Made by a program: the position numbers and the translations under genes
Notes under the pieces: generated by a model
What the model saw: the letters and a program-made list of their open reading frames with translations, nothing else
Database searches by the model: none
What the model was told of the DNA's origin: nothing
IMG/VR virus record: IMGVR_UViG_3300043540_000178
Span: 6,864-70,863 of that record
Source: a virus
Direction: 5' to 3' (one strand)
Length of the DNA stretch: 64,000 nucleotides
Shown here: piece by piece, positions 1 through 9,694 of the stretch
Numbering within the stretch: position 1 is the stretch's first letter
Layout: every line of letters begins with the position of its first letter

Positions 1-1
1 T

Positions 2-358
2 AATACACAACATCAAATACTTAATACATCCAAACAATCAACACAAAATAAATCACAGCAATCAACATGGAATAATACATCACAACAATCAACACAAAAT
101 AAAGCCCGCAATTCCAATTCATCAAGTGAGTTAGAAGCTGCATCAAAACAAAATGCAGTTAAAGTCAACAACGCGGAAACTGTAAGAAATGATGTTGTTG
201 ACAACAAACAAAAGCAAGAAACCAAACAAATTATTGATGCATCAAAGAACAACAATACAATTATTCAACAACAGTCTGCATCAATAAATCGCATATCACC
301 TAGGACACAAACTAGTTCATTGCAGAAATTCATAGAATCAAGAGCAGTATTCGCGTAA
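2..358 (+). CDS. 3' end of a low-complexity N/Q/S/T-rich protein (5'-truncated), possibly a virion/baseplate-hub protein
   Basis: Frame +2 is open from the window edge to TAA at 356-358 (…TSSLQKFIESRAVFA*) and converges on a shared terminator. Not in the ORF track. Confidence 0.6.
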   Translation, partial: NTQHQILNTSKQSTQNKSQQSTWNNTSQQSTQNKARNSNSSSELEAASKQNAVKVNNAETVRNDVVDNKQKQETKQIIDASKNNNTIIQQQSASINRISPRTQTSSLQKFIESRAVFA

Positions 359-366
359 AACATAAA

Positions 367-395
367 TTAAAGCCCAGTTAAATTCTGGGCTTTAA
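367..395. terminator. Bidirectional intrinsic terminator
   Basis: TTAAAGCCCAG-ttaaatt-CTGGGCTTTAA, an 11-bp perfect inverted repeat between convergent genes. Confidence 0.8.
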
Positions 396-423
396 CTGTT
401 TACAATGCAATTAGTACATCTGA

Positions 424-1308
424 TTAGAACGGAATATCGTCATCCAAAGATTTGTCATCCTTTGCTAACTTGGCCATCATTGCAGCAATATCATCGTCGT
501 CAGAAGAAGAAGTTGATTCTGTTTTAGATGATGTTTTAGGTTCTTGCACTTTGGTTTCTACATGCAGTTCATTATCATATTGACTTGATTTTGTGTTCAA
601 CCTAACTGTATTACCTACTGCCCTTTCAAAACTCTTTTGTAATTCTTCATGAGATTTGAATCGAGATTCATTAGTAAACTGCCCCAAATCTTCAATTGTA
701 GACAAATCTACTGTAACCGCAGATTTTTCTTTCTTAAATTCAGATTTTTCATAGTTGGTTTGACCTTCAACCTTGCGAATCTTCAACATGAAATCCAAAC
801 CTTCTTTCAGATCGAATACATCAACCGGCATTTGAGGATCCAAGTCATCAACAACAGGTTGCAACTTGTCAACAATTTTGTCAAAGATTTTTTGACCAAA
901 CTTGAAAAGAAATACCTTACCTTCATTTTCTGGATTCTTTGGATCTGCAATAACCAAGATATTTGAAATATATGTAACTTTGCGTTTACGTTCACGAACT
1001 GTATCCTGATTCGCTTTAATATTTGTGTTCCAAAGAATACCATTTTGTTCACAACAATAACATGGTTGACCAATTGTAGTGGGGCAATCTTCTGCATACC
1101 ACTTACCAGTTGGACCTTTGAAAAAATGCGAGTACAGTTTTACAAAAGGAATATCATCATCTGTTTTACCAGGGAGAAACCGGATAATTGCTGAACCATT
1201 GCCTGCTTGGTCTCGTTGTGGGTAGTAGAACACTTTATCATTGCGTTCACCTGCTCCATTTGATTGTGCTGATTTAACTGCTTTTAGAAGTTTTTCCATT
1301 CTGCTCAT
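424..1308 (-). CDS. 32: Single-stranded DNA-binding protein gp32
   Basis: GNGSAIIRFLP, H…CPTT…C zinc site, YISNILVIADP, FKFGQKIFDKI, acidic tail. Start placed at MSRMEK (1308) after an AAGGAG SD. Confidence 0.95.
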   Translation of the reverse strand: MSRMEKLLKAVKSAQSNGAGERNDKVFYYPQRDQAGNGSAIIRFLPGKTDDDIPFVKLYSHFFKGPTGKWYAEDCPTTIGQPCYCCEQNGILWNTNIKANQDTVRERKRKVTYISNILVIADPKNPENEGKVFLFKFGQKIFDKIVDKLQPVVDDLDPQMPVDVFDLKEGLDFMLKIRKVEGQTNYEKSEFKKEKSAVTVDLSTIEDLGQFTNESRFKSHEELQKSFERAVGNTVRLNTKSSQYDNELHVETKVQEPKTSSKTESTSSSDDDDIAAMMAKLAKDDKSLDDDIPF

Positions 1309-1377
1309 TGTATTCTCCTTAATTGCGTCCATTCGGACTAGATTTGCGGTAATATGAAGACGTTTCATCCTCATCAT

Positions 1378-1385
1378 TATTTATA
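1378..1385 (-). promoter_or_regulatory. T4-type late promoter TATAAATA upstream of gene 32
   Basis: Exact TATAAATA on the minus strand ~70 nt upstream of the start. Confidence 0.6.
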
Positions 1386-1456
1386 ATATAGTTGAAACTC
1401 ATAATCAAATTATAGCAAACATCATTGCTACAATCAAATTTTTCAACCATTAAAAA

Positions 1457-1612
1457 TCATTTTAAATGGCGTTTCAAATAGTCGTAAATTTCAGGGTCAA
1501 GTTCTTCTTCATCAAAAAGTTCATCATCTTCAAAGTTGTGTTTTCGTTTTTTGTATTGCTTTACTTCATCACGATCTTCTTGTTTCGTGTGACGATTTTC
1601 CTTGGTACTCAC
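1457..1612 (-). CDS. Small acidic hypothetical protein (51 aa)
   Basis: GTG start after GAGGA, next to the gp59 stop. MSTKENRHTKQEDRDEV…EIYDYLKRHLK*. Confidence 0.55.
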   Translation of the reverse strand: MSTKENRHTKQEDRDEVKQYKKRKHNFEDDELFDEEELDPEIYDYLKRHLK

Positions 1613-1613
1613 T

Positions 1614-2201
1614 TTATCCTCGTTTTTTCTGGGTTATAACATTACACAGTGGTGCATACTTTTTCAATTTGAATATTTCACGTTCAAGATACGGATCATT
1701 TTGTATTTCATCATACCATCTATTAATGAACTTAAATTGTTCATTTAATGTAATTACAAATTCAGGTGACAACTTACCATGAATCAACAATTGCATTAGT
1801 GGGGGATTATTTCCATTTGTGGTCCTAACTAACATAGTGTCAAAGTTGATTTTACGTTCATTCATGATTTTTGTCAATATGAAATACTCACTCTTGAATT
1901 TATACTTGAATGCATCAAAATATGCACTCCATTGAGTATATATTGCATCTGCTTCTTTATAGTCATTATACAACCATCCTTCTTCATTATGTATGAAGTT
2001 TGCAATGCAAAAATCTGTTGCATCATTTTCAGAATAGAATTTATTGCCATATAAGTCATATCTACCTTTATCACGCCGTTTGTGATAAACATCAAGTGAA
2101 ACAGATTTATTATTATTTCCATACTTAATAATATCAAAATTTGAAGTGAAGTGAAGGTTAAGAGAATGATGAATCCTGAAAAAATTGTAACCAGAAAGCA
2201 T
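1614..2201 (-). CDS. 59: Helicase loader gp59
   Basis: LNLHFTSNFDIIKYG, KRRDKGRY, ANF motifs and position next to genes 32/33. Confidence 0.85.
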   Translation of the reverse strand: MLSGYNFFRIHHSLNLHFTSNFDIIKYGNNNKSVSLDVYHKRRDKGRYDLYGNKFYSENDATDFCIANFIHNEEGWLYNDYKEADAIYTQWSAYFDAFKYKFKSEYFILTKIMNERKINFDTMLVRTTNGNNPPLMQLLIHGKLSPEFVITLNEQFKFINRWYDEIQNDPYLEREIFKLKKYAPLCNVITQKKRG

Positions 2202-2225
2202 GGTAATCTTTTAATCCAAACAATT

Positions 2226-2474
2226 TTAGATAGGCAGTTGAGATTCTCTGCGCAAATAACCCTCATTCATACCATCAAGATGAAGTCTATCTTTCAATGA
2301 TGCATTTATTAATTTCAAACTACAAACATCTTCAGGATCTATTTGGAAATATTCACATGCTTTTATTGTTGCGTCAATATATGTCAATTTGTATTGACAC
2401 GCAAATTCATACACTTTATTGAAAAATTTTTCCGAATTGAGAAACGGAGTGTCTACAGTTTGTTCAATTGTCAT
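2226..2474 (-). CDS. 33: Late transcription coactivator gp33
   Basis: TYIDA…C…ID…LI..SLKDRL…EGYL…LPI pattern and synteny with 59. Confidence 0.85.
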   Translation of the reverse strand: MTIEQTVDTPFLNSEKFFNKVYEFACQYKLTYIDATIKACEYFQIDPEDVCSLKLINASLKDRLHLDGMNEGYLRRESQLPI

Positions 2475-2776
2475 TGTTGTCTACGTCCAAAATAATTCAA
2501 TGAACCGATTATATCGGATAGTTCGTTAAACAATTGCCATCCAATCTTATCATCTTCATTCATCGGATATTGCTTCATCATCTCTTCATCTTCCAAGAAG
2601 AAATTTAAATACTCAGTCAACCTATCAGCATCTTCTAAACAACGTTTACGGAAATCTTCCTCATTATGTTCATTTTTGTATGAAGCCAACTGAGATTGCA
2701 AAATTCTAAACTGGTCAGCACCAAAAATTGTTTGCAAGCGAATTGGTGTAATATTGGTCATGGTGTATTCCCTCAA
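2471..2776 (-). CDS. Hypothetical protein
   Basis: ORF coupled to both neighbours by overlapping stop/start. Confidence 0.6.
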   Translation of the reverse strand: MREYTMTNITPIRLQTIFGADQFRILQSQLASYKNEHNEEDFRKRCLEDADRLTEYLNFFLEDEEMMKQYPMNEDDKIGWQLFNELSDIIGSLNYFGRRQQ

Positions 2777-3819
2777 TCCTTTTCTGACATAAGATATTGA
2801 TTTGATATTGCCTTAAAGTGGATGGTTGGATCATTGATACACTTGAATACCACACCTTCACGTTCTACATTTGCGAGTTTGCTTTTACCTTCAGCATACT
2901 CAAGCACTGCCGTGATATCTACAAAGTTTTTAATGTCAACACGATCCAAAAATGGCACATGCTTAATGTTCATTTCCTGACAAATTTTTGCACGCTCATC
3001 TGCAGTTAGATAAGTTGCACGTTCAATGTCAAACACATCAAATATGTGGAATTGTAATTCAGTCAATCCATAGATGTTACCTTGTACACCTGGCCCAATC
3101 AACTCACCTTGTAGAGCAATGCTTCGCCCCATTGCAATTAGCTTCTCAATCAACTGATAATTACGAGCAGTTTTCCAGAATGCATTATCATCTGTTTCCT
3201 TCAGATTGAAGTTGCGTGAACATACCCCAGTTTCAATCTCACCATTATTGTTTCGATGATACACAGTCATACTAGAACCTTCCAACTTTTCTGTGACCTC
3301 AAATGTGAGTTGTTCATTCTGATATTTCTCAAACTCGCATACCATGTTCTGGATGCGTTCTTGATCTGTTTTGGGAATGAAGCTAGGAAAATTACCACAA
3401 GCAATACCTGCCAATCGTGCTGGAACTGGTTTTTCCCATTTCTGAATATTCAAGAATGCAGTGACATCATCCCCTTCACGTACATTGCTTCCATTTCCGA
3501 GTACAGTTAGTGGCAAAATGAGTCCTTGGCTTATACATCCACGCAATCGAATGGTTTTCAGTCGTTCACCTTTCACCCCATTAAATTCACGTGGTTCTTT
3601 TTCTTTACTCAAAAATGGTGCCACAACCTGTGGCACCCAGCTATCAATTTCAATGTATACAACTAAATCGCCGACTTTAAAATTATTGTCTTTGGCAGTA
3701 ACTACTTGCCAACCATCTACTGTTGCACGCATAATTTTGTCTGCATTGGCAATTGGATCCAATGATGCAATTCGACGTATAGTTGCCAATTTGCGTTCAG
3801 AGTTTATATTATCAACCAT
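2773..3819 (-). CDS. RNA ligase, DRB0094-like family
   Basis: ERKLATIRRI N-terminal OB-like domain, LRGCISQGL, FPSFIPKTDQERIQN, motif I EKLEGSS, QGELIG, REGVVFK, FKAISN. Confidence 0.9.
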   Translation of the reverse strand: MVDNINSERKLATIRRIASLDPIANADKIMRATVDGWQVVTAKDNNFKVGDLVVYIEIDSWVPQVVAPFLSKEKEPREFNGVKGERLKTIRLRGCISQGLILPLTVLGNGSNVREGDDVTAFLNIQKWEKPVPARLAGIACGNFPSFIPKTDQERIQNMVCEFEKYQNEQLTFEVTEKLEGSSMTVYHRNNNGEIETGVCSRNFNLKETDDNAFWKTARNYQLIEKLIAMGRSIALQGELIGPGVQGNIYGLTELQFHIFDVFDIERATYLTADERAKICQEMNIKHVPFLDRVDIKNFVDITAVLEYAEGKSKLANVEREGVVFKCINDPTIHFKAISNQYLMSEKD

Positions 3820-3838
3820 TAAATTCTCCTCATTAGAT

Positions 3839-4702
3839 TTAATTCAATGTAGCAGAATATAGAGCCATACGCTGCCAGTTATCACCAATTGCTACCTTCA
3901 TCTTCATCGCATTGAATGCAGAGCGAATGTTCAGATCCTTGAATTTGCTAGCATTTTCACGGATAAATGCAATCACTTCCTTTTTATCGTCATTGGAGAA
4001 TTTCTTTTCTTCCATGAAAACTTGTTCGATTCGCTCAATTTTCTCGTCGGTGTTCAGCGTGATATCTGCCAGCATAGAACGAGATAAAACTGCTTGCGGA
4101 AACTTGTCAATGCTCAAATTAGAGATGAAAATCACTTTACCGATAAATTCAAAGCGAGATGGATACTCATCATCTTTAGATGCAGACCCCCATGAAAGAA
4201 TGCGCTTATCTTTGCTGTCCAATGCAGCTTTCAGCAGATTAGCACCAGTTGGATCTTTGAATACGCTATCACAATCATCAAAAATGATTATTTTGCCATT
4301 GTGATCGTACAAAGTTTCGTACAACGAACGGGGTGTAGAATAACCACTAATAATCAGAAAGTCACTATCTTCGTAAGAACCAATTGTATCTTCAACTTTG
4401 CCAATTTTCTTCAATGTTTCAGTGACAGTATGGGTCTTGCCCAGACCACCAGAACCGGTTACAATCAAAGAGGGGATAATGCCTCTTGCAACCAACTTAG
4501 TGAATTCCTCAATGAACTCAAAGCGTTCCTTAACCGAGAACTCCGATTTGGGTATGGTCATTTTAACTGTATCATTTGTTACAGTGTGACCAAACTCTTT
4601 TGCGACCATTTCTTCCAACTTTTCTTTGGAAACGGAACGTTTGAGAATTTTGCCATTTACTTCATAAACCCAAATTTTACGATTTTCTAGATACTTAATC
4701 AC
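3839..4702 (-). CDS. AAA+ ATPase
   Basis: Walker A GSGGLGKT, Walker B IIIFDDCD, NLLKAALD, IFISN, SRS. Confidence 0.8.
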   Translation of the reverse strand: MIKYLENRKIWVYEVNGKILKRSVSKEKLEEMVAKEFGHTVTNDTVKMTIPKSEFSVKERFEFIEEFTKLVARGIIPSLIVTGSGGLGKTHTVTETLKKIGKVEDTIGSYEDSDFLIISGYSTPRSLYETLYDHNGKIIIFDDCDSVFKDPTGANLLKAALDSKDKRILSWGSASKDDEYPSRFEFIGKVIFISNLSIDKFPQAVLSRSMLADITLNTDEKIERIEQVFMEEKKFSNDDKKEVIAFIRENASKFKDLNIRSAFNAMKMKVAIGDNWQRMALYSATLN

Positions 4703-4738
4703 AGCTGTTTCCTTGTTTGTAATTAATCAATGTGAATC

Positions 4739-4789
4739 ATTATACATAACCGACTGACTAAAACAATCAAAACCACTAACCTATTGATT
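4739..4789 (-). promoter_or_regulatory. Sigma70-type early promoter with upstream IHF-like box
   Basis: AATCAATAGGTTA-10nt-TTGTTT-16nt-TATAAT. Confidence 0.7.
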
Positions 4790-4808
4790 TATAAAGGAAT
4801 AAATACTC

Positions 4809-5513
4809 TTACCAGTGATAGAATTCACCTTCTCTCATCATGTTGCCTGGCATTCTTCCGGAATTTTGTAATGCATAGATACATTCATCACGCTTCTGTT
4901 TATTGGTAAACCAAATTTTCCTTGAACCAAATGATCCAGCTATGTATAGATTTTCACCATACTGTCTGGATAATTGATCTATCTCAGATATTTTAACTGA
5001 ATCTATTTTTTCAAGGTCTCTGAAAAACTTCATGGTGAGATAGTCAGAAATGTCATAACTTTGTTGATCTTGTCTAAAATAAATTCTATCACCTATTGAA
5101 TCCACAATAACACCAAAATAAACAATTGAAGACCATCTTGCAATAGTCATCATGTGCCATAATACATATAAACTGAGGATAATTAACCAAGCAGTTGAAA
5201 CATGGAGCATGTAACATCCTGCCAAGATGAAACTAACTACAAATGAATTCAAAAAAACCTTTTCGGTGATTGATTTTAAATTTCCAATATCATTTATTCG
5301 CCTTGCGCCTTTAAGTAAATACTTTTTACGCAAGAAGTAGTAATGACAGATAGCAACTGGAAGGACAACACAAAATGTTAATATAGCAACAAGCAGGAAT
5401 GTGTACCTAAGCAAAATTCCAAGGAATTGCAGCATATAAACTAGCGACTCTGCATTCTTTTCATCCGCACCTTTAAACCGTTTGTCAAAAGATCCGTCTT
5501 TTGTTCTTCTCAT
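4809..5513 (-). CDS. Membrane protein, hypothetical
   Basis: About three hydrophobic segments, N-terminal [12 protein letters not shown] motif, soluble C-terminal domain. Confidence 0.7.
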   Translation of the reverse strand: MRRTKDGSFDKRFKGADEKNAESLVYMLQFLGILLRYTFLLVAILTFCVVLPVAICHYYFLRKKYLLKGARRINDIGNLKSITEKVFLNSFVVSFILAGCYMLHVSTAWLIILSLYVLWHMMTIARWSSIVYFGVIVDSIGDRIYFRQDQQSYDISDYLTMKFFRDLEKIDSVKISEIDQLSRQYGENLYIAGSFGSRKIWFTNKQKRDECIYALQNSGRMPGNMMREGEFYHW

Positions 5514-5926
5514 TTAAACACCACATGACTTATAAATTTATGGTATACCCACAAACAAGTCAACCATAGAAATCCAATTATAAATGATCTGATTATCAAA
5601 AATTTGATAGTTGTGAAAACTGCATTCCATGCAGCAAGCTCATTTGCAATAACACCAGTTGTCTCTTCCCTCACCGGTTCTGTATTTGCCTGGTTGTTTT
5701 TTTCTTCCTCATGCATTTCCATATCCAATGTAAAATCATATGCTGTTCTTTTTACTGGATCCGATAAAATTTCATACGCTGTATTGATTTCTTTCATTTT
5801 TACAGGATCACCAGTGACTTTATCAGGATGATATTTTTGTGCAAGAGATCTGTATGCAGCTCTCACTACTTCGTCTGAAGCATGAGGATCAATTTCAAGT
5901 ATTTTGTAGGCATTAGTTACATTCAT
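5510..5926 (-). CDS. J-domain (DnaJ) protein with C-terminal transmembrane helix
   Basis: YKILEI…[13 protein letters not shown]…[15 protein letters not shown] and a hydrophobic C-terminus. Confidence 0.9.
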   Translation of the reverse strand: MNVTNAYKILEIDPHASDEVVRAAYRSLAQKYHPDKVTGDPVKMKEINTAYEILSDPVKRTAYDFTLDMEMHEEEKNNQANTEPVREETTGVIANELAAWNAVFTTIKFLIIRSFIIGFLWLTCLWVYHKFISHVVFK

Positions 5927-6020
5927 CTTATATTGTTTTGCTAATTATTAAATCACATCAAAATAAAATAAAAGGCCAATTATCACAAATACCAATCCCC
6001 AAGTTGCCATTAATTTCTCC

Positions 6021-6470
6021 CTATGCTACAATAAAATTCAGTTTCTTTTGTGCAATTTCTTTAACTTTATCAACTGTTCTGGCACGTACCACAATATGTC
6101 CACCCATATACATAACATACTTACCGCGTTTTTCACAGAAAACAATCGTACCATCAGGACAATCTGCTTTTTCTGGTCGAGAAATAGTTGTTTTTTCTAC
6201 CTTTTTGATAACAACATCTTCATATTTCTTCACCAACCAAGGATAACGAGTAAACAATTCATTTGTTTTTTTAGCAGCATATGCAATCAGTTGATTCGCC
6301 GATACTTTCCCTTCAACTTCCGCTTGTCTTATATATTTGTACAGATATTCTAGTTGGTATTTGGGAGCACCAGCCGGAACATCAAGATTATATTGTTCTT
6401 TCAGCTTTGCAGCAAACGGAAATCTTGTACCTTTCTGATTAATTTCTTGCAGTTCATTAAAAAAAGACAT
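6021..6470 (-). CDS. Hypothetical basic protein
   Basis: 149-aa ORF with GAGGA SD. Confidence 0.65.
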   Translation of the reverse strand: MSFFNELQEINQKGTRFPFAAKLKEQYNLDVPAGAPKYQLEYLYKYIRQAEVEGKVSANQLIAYAAKKTNELFTRYPWLVKKYEDVVIKKVEKTTISRPEKADCPDGTIVFCEKRGKYVMYMGGHIVVRARTVDKVKEIAQKKLNFIVA

Positions 6471-6526
6471 TTAACATTTCCTCAATCATTTATAACCTAG
6501 TTATTGATTAGATAAGAATTTGTGTT

Positions 6527-6862
6527 TCAGTATTTAACCAGCGGCTGCCAATATTGTTTTTGAAATTCCTCAAAATTGCAATATTTAACAACAGAATCCC
6601 TAACTTTGCGATTCCGTGTAGCCCATTCTTCAGGTATATCCTGCAATGATTCATTCATCGAAGACACAACAAATCCAGTTCCAGAATATTTGTTTGCTTT
6701 GTGAACTGTACAAAACTTAACACCATCAATGTCAGTGTGTTGTGCATAACCAATCCGACATCCATCTGTGAAATAGACATATGATGTCAATTTTTCAGGT
6801 CCATAAACTTGAAACCCGTTGGATTTAATGGTATTAACTAAAAGTTGAATCGACATAATCAT
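6527..6862 (-). CDS. Hypothetical protein
   Basis: ORF with GGAG SD downstream of an early promoter. Confidence 0.65.
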   Translation of the reverse strand: MIMSIQLLVNTIKSNGFQVYGPEKLTSYVYFTDGCRIGYAQHTDIDGVKFCTVHKANKYSGTGFVVSSMNESLQDIPEEWATRNRKVRDSVVKYCNFEEFQKQYWQPLVKY

Positions 6863-6894
6863 TTCTCCATTTAATGTTATTTACAATGTAAGTC

Positions 6895-6946
6895 ATTATA
6901 AGGATATTAACAGTTATAAACAATAGAAATCGTTAACCCATTGATT
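6895..6946 (-). promoter_or_regulatory. Sigma70-type early promoter with IHF-like box
   Basis: AATCAATGGGTTA-10nt-TTGTTT-17nt-TATAAT. Confidence 0.7.
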
Positions 6947-7011
6947 ACAAAGTGCAATTTTAGTGGAGTTTAGTTTCAAGGCAGGCAATTAATTACTGCA
7001 TAATCCTTTGT

Positions 7012-7608
7012 TTATTGTACAGTCGGACGTAAACGGCTATGATCCGGCAAATAATTAATTAAAAACTCCATCTGGCATGCAAGAATATTACGATTTGCCA
7101 AAATTAGCTTTTCATATGCAGATGGAACATATGGAACAAACAGCAACTTGCGTTCACCTAAGCCAATCTTCTGGCTGTGTTTATCCCACTGGTCAATGGT
7201 CATATCGCCTTTTTCTCGATTGCAAGTTTTACAAGCAGTGACGCAATTTTTCCAGACATTAGGACCGCCTTTAGAAACTGGGATAATATGGTCACGGCTC
7301 AGATTTTCAGAACGATAAACACGACCACAATAACCGCACATATGGCAATCACGTTGAAACAAGTTTGCATTTGTTAGAGGCGGAGTTTTATAATTGTTTT
7401 TAATAAATCCTTTAATAGCAACAATTGGATGTATTTCCACCTCTGAACGAGTCAAAGAAATACGATTGACACCGCCACGTTTTATACCATTGGAGTCACC
7501 AAATGTTTTCAGTACATTTCCCTTAACATGATGAGTAATGTAATCTTGCCATGTAATCCAATCATAGGGGTTAAAATTTGAATCTAGTGCTAAAATATCT
7601 CTGCGCAT
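7012..7608 (-). CDS. HNH endonuclease (zinc-binding, McrA/HNH_5-like)
   Basis: CGYCG…SRDHIIPVSKGG…WKNCVTACKTCNREKG. Confidence 0.9.
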   Translation of the reverse strand: MRRDILALDSNFNPYDWITWQDYITHHVKGNVLKTFGDSNGIKRGGVNRISLTRSEVEIHPIVAIKGFIKNNYKTPPLTNANLFQRDCHMCGYCGRVYRSENLSRDHIIPVSKGGPNVWKNCVTACKTCNREKGDMTIDQWDKHSQKIGLGERKLLFVPYVPSAYEKLILANRNILACQMEFLINYLPDHSRLRPTVQ

Positions 7609-7656
7609 AATGGAATGTCTTTCTTATCTACATCTTTGCTTTCTTCAAAATTGAAC

Positions 7657-7664
7657 TATTTATA
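7657..7664 (-). promoter_or_regulatory. Late promoter TATAAATA upstream of the HNH gene
   Basis: Exact match ~50 nt upstream of the start. Confidence 0.55.
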
Positions 7665-7671
7665 AACCATT

Positions 7672-7746
7672 TGGAGAACGTGCCCAGATTCGAACTGGGG
7701 TTGACCGGATTTGCAATCCGGCACATCGCCACTCTGCCACACGTTC
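7672..7746 (-). tRNA. tRNA-Cys (GCA)
   Basis: Cloverleaf, anticodon arm CCGGA-TTGCAAA-TCCGG, GTTCGAATC, U discriminator + CCA. Confidence 0.92.
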
Positions 7747-7790
7747 TCCAAATAACTCATGTACATTGATACTGGAATAAAATTTGTATA

Positions 7791-7865
7791 TGGCACCCTC
7801 GGAGAGATTCGAACTCCCGTTATTCCCATTAGAAGTGGGATGCCTTTCCACTAGACTACGAGGGC
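7791..7865 (-). tRNA. tRNA-Arg (TCT)
   Basis: TCCCA-CTTCTAA-TGGGA, GTTCGAATC, CCA encoded. Confidence 0.92.
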
Positions 7866-7891
7866 ATTTTTATTGGAATTAAATATTCAAC

Positions 7892-8320
7892 TCATGTTAA
7901 TTTTAGCCGCAATGTCTCCAGTGCGTAATTGCTTACTAAGTGAAATTGATACTTCCTCACAGCTTCATCTTGCATCTCCTTCAACCATTGGTTATCATTT
8001 TCGGCGAAGAGTGCGTCATCTGCAATCTTCAATCCACAATTATTTTCTGCGGCACTATTAACCATTGCCTGAAGCGCATGTGTCAGCCTTGCAACTCGTA
8101 AGTTGAGTGATTTGATTTTTTCTTCTTGATCGGATCGGTTTTGACTGCTACTACAAAACGGACATTGTCCATCAGCGCAATCTTCCTGCTTTACAGCTTC
8201 ATAGAAGGCTTGAAGTTCTTCTGGTGTAACTGTTAAATAGTCACCTTGGCTGTTTAGAGGTGATACTGAATTTGGATTTATACGTTTGCATATCTGCACC
8301 ATCAGTTCAGTTGCATTCAT
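7892..8320 (-). CDS. Hypothetical protein
   Basis: ORF with AAGGAG SD, CxxxxCPFC then coiled coil. Confidence 0.65.
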   Translation of the reverse strand: MNATELMVQICKRINPNSVSPLNSQGDYLTVTPEELQAFYEAVKQEDCADGQCPFCSSSQNRSDQEEKIKSLNLRVARLTHALQAMVNSAAENNCGLKIADDALFAENDNQWLKEMQDEAVRKYQFHLVSNYALETLRLKLT

Positions 8321-8339
8321 TTTAATTCTCCTTTTGAAT

Positions 8340-8735
8340 CTAATTCATTGTTATTGCATTGAGGTATTGTGCTGCGCTTTCCAAGTTATCGAAAGTTGCA
8401 CATGCATTGCCTTCTATTATTTGTGCTACTGCATTGAGTGAAGCCCATTGCTCATCTGTGAAACGCATACTTTCATCTTCACGTAGCCGAACGAATACCG
8501 TCCGACAAGATCGCTTATTACTATCATCAACCAATTCTGCAATCAAACTCACATCGGTCATCTTTGGTGTGATAACATACAAGCGAATATCACATTCTTT
8601 ACGCTGGCGCAATTCTTCTGCAATACATTCAGATGAACAATTATCAACTACAGGATTGAAGTAATCAATATCCAGCATAGGGATAATCTGATTACGCCAA
8701 TTCGATTCTTTAGTCCCACCAAGAAAAACTTTCAT
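8340..8735 (-). CDS. Nucleoside 2-deoxyribosyltransferase-like protein
   Basis: KVFLGGT..S.WR…YFNPVVD…CD..LYVITP…SLIAE. Confidence 0.75.
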   Translation of the reverse strand: MKVFLGGTKESNWRNQIIPMLDIDYFNPVVDNCSSECIAEELRQRKECDIRLYVITPKMTDVSLIAELVDDSNKRSCRTVFVRLREDESMRFTDEQWASLNAVAQIIEGNACATFDNLESAAQYLNAITMN

Positions 8736-8826
8736 ATCTCAATCCCTTTGTAATTGTTTACCAATTGCATTCATTTTATTATCGGTTTCGATGCAAGATA
8801 GTCCATATAATTTCTGGAATGAGGTC

Positions 8827-8877
8827 ATCATATATGAAATGTTTAATTGTGCAAGAATAATTACTAACTATTTGAAT
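8827..8877 (-). promoter_or_regulatory. Early promoter with IHF-like box
   Basis: ATTCAAATAGTTA-10nt-TTGCAC-16nt-TATGAT. Confidence 0.65.
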
Positions 8878-8888
8878 CTTATAGTTAA

Positions 8889-9227
8889 TTATTCGCAACC
8901 GTAGCAAGCCATTTCATTAATACTATCTAGAGTCTGTGCTGCCTTGTGCTCAACTGCTTCTTCGAGATTCTTCTTTATAATTGAAAGAGCAGTGAATACT
9001 GCATCAATGCTCTTTCTTGCCATTTTGAGATTTTCAGAATCTTTATCAGATGGTGATGCAGCTTGGGCTATGTCATAGATCAAACCGAATCTGCGAATAC
9101 CTGTATCTAAGTTACGCAAAGCAATCTGCACTTGGTCTCGGTCAATGATCTCGTAATCATCGTCAAAAGTTCGGAACATTGCTGCATCAGTAAGTGCATC
9201 TTTCATTATATTGTCATACATATCCAT
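8889..9227 (-). CDS. Hypothetical protein
   Basis: ORF with AAGGAG SD. Confidence 0.65.
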   Translation of the reverse strand: MDMYDNIMKDALTDAAMFRTFDDDYEIIDRDQVQIALRNLDTGIRRFGLIYDIAQAASPSDKDSENLKMARKSIDAVFTALSIIKKNLEEAVEHKAAQTLDSINEMACYGCE

Positions 9228-9304
9228 TAAATTCTCCTTAAAATTTCAATCTTTATACATGAACCCCTAACAGGATATCAAGATTTCCGGTGATTGCACC
9301 CAAA

Positions 9305-9550
9305 TCAGACCTTGTAATAACTGTCCAAGATGACTTGGAGTTCTTTTTTCACTCTCCGCGCAACCTCCCCCTTCCAAGAACCTGCATTGGAAAGAAAATA
9401 AGATACTATCCCTGCCGCCGCATCAAGATGATATTTTTCGGTAATATGTGTAAGGGTGGCCATTGCATTGAGATACGGTCTAGCATAAGGGCTAACATTG
9501 TGCCAATCGGTTTTAATTTCTGCTGCAATTGTATAAAGTGGACGGACCAT
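9305..9550 (-). CDS. Conserved-looking small phage protein
   Basis: RPLY.IA.EI..DW…A.PYL.AM…YFLSNA..WKGE.AR..K.EL; AGGAG SD. Confidence 0.7.
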   Translation of the reverse strand: MVRPLYTIAAEIKTDWHNVSPYARPYLNAMATLTHITEKYHLDAAAGIVSYFLSNAGSWKGEVARRVKKELQVILDSYYKV

Positions 9551-9610
9551 GATTAACTCTCCTATGTTAGTTTATCTTTTACACATGCATTATTGTGATT
9601 GCATGATGGA

Positions 9611-9661
9611 ATTATACATGGAATATTGACATGTGCAAACATAATTGCTAACTATTTGAAT
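9611..9661 (-). promoter_or_regulatory. Early promoter with IHF-like box
   Basis: ATTCAAATAGTTA-10nt-TTGCAC-16nt-TATAAT. Confidence 0.7.
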
Positions 9662-9694
9662 CTTAAGGGTATCGAGATGAATTAATAAGTAGGA

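Noticed and set aside
13-255. Minus-strand 80-aa Cys-rich ORF
   Set aside because: Shadow of the plus-strand low-complexity gene end that converges on the terminator at 367-395
1350-1378. Hammerhead-like UGAUGA…GAAAC in the gene 32 leader
   Set aside because: It lacks the C of CUGAUGA and a stem II, and folds as a simple hairpin.
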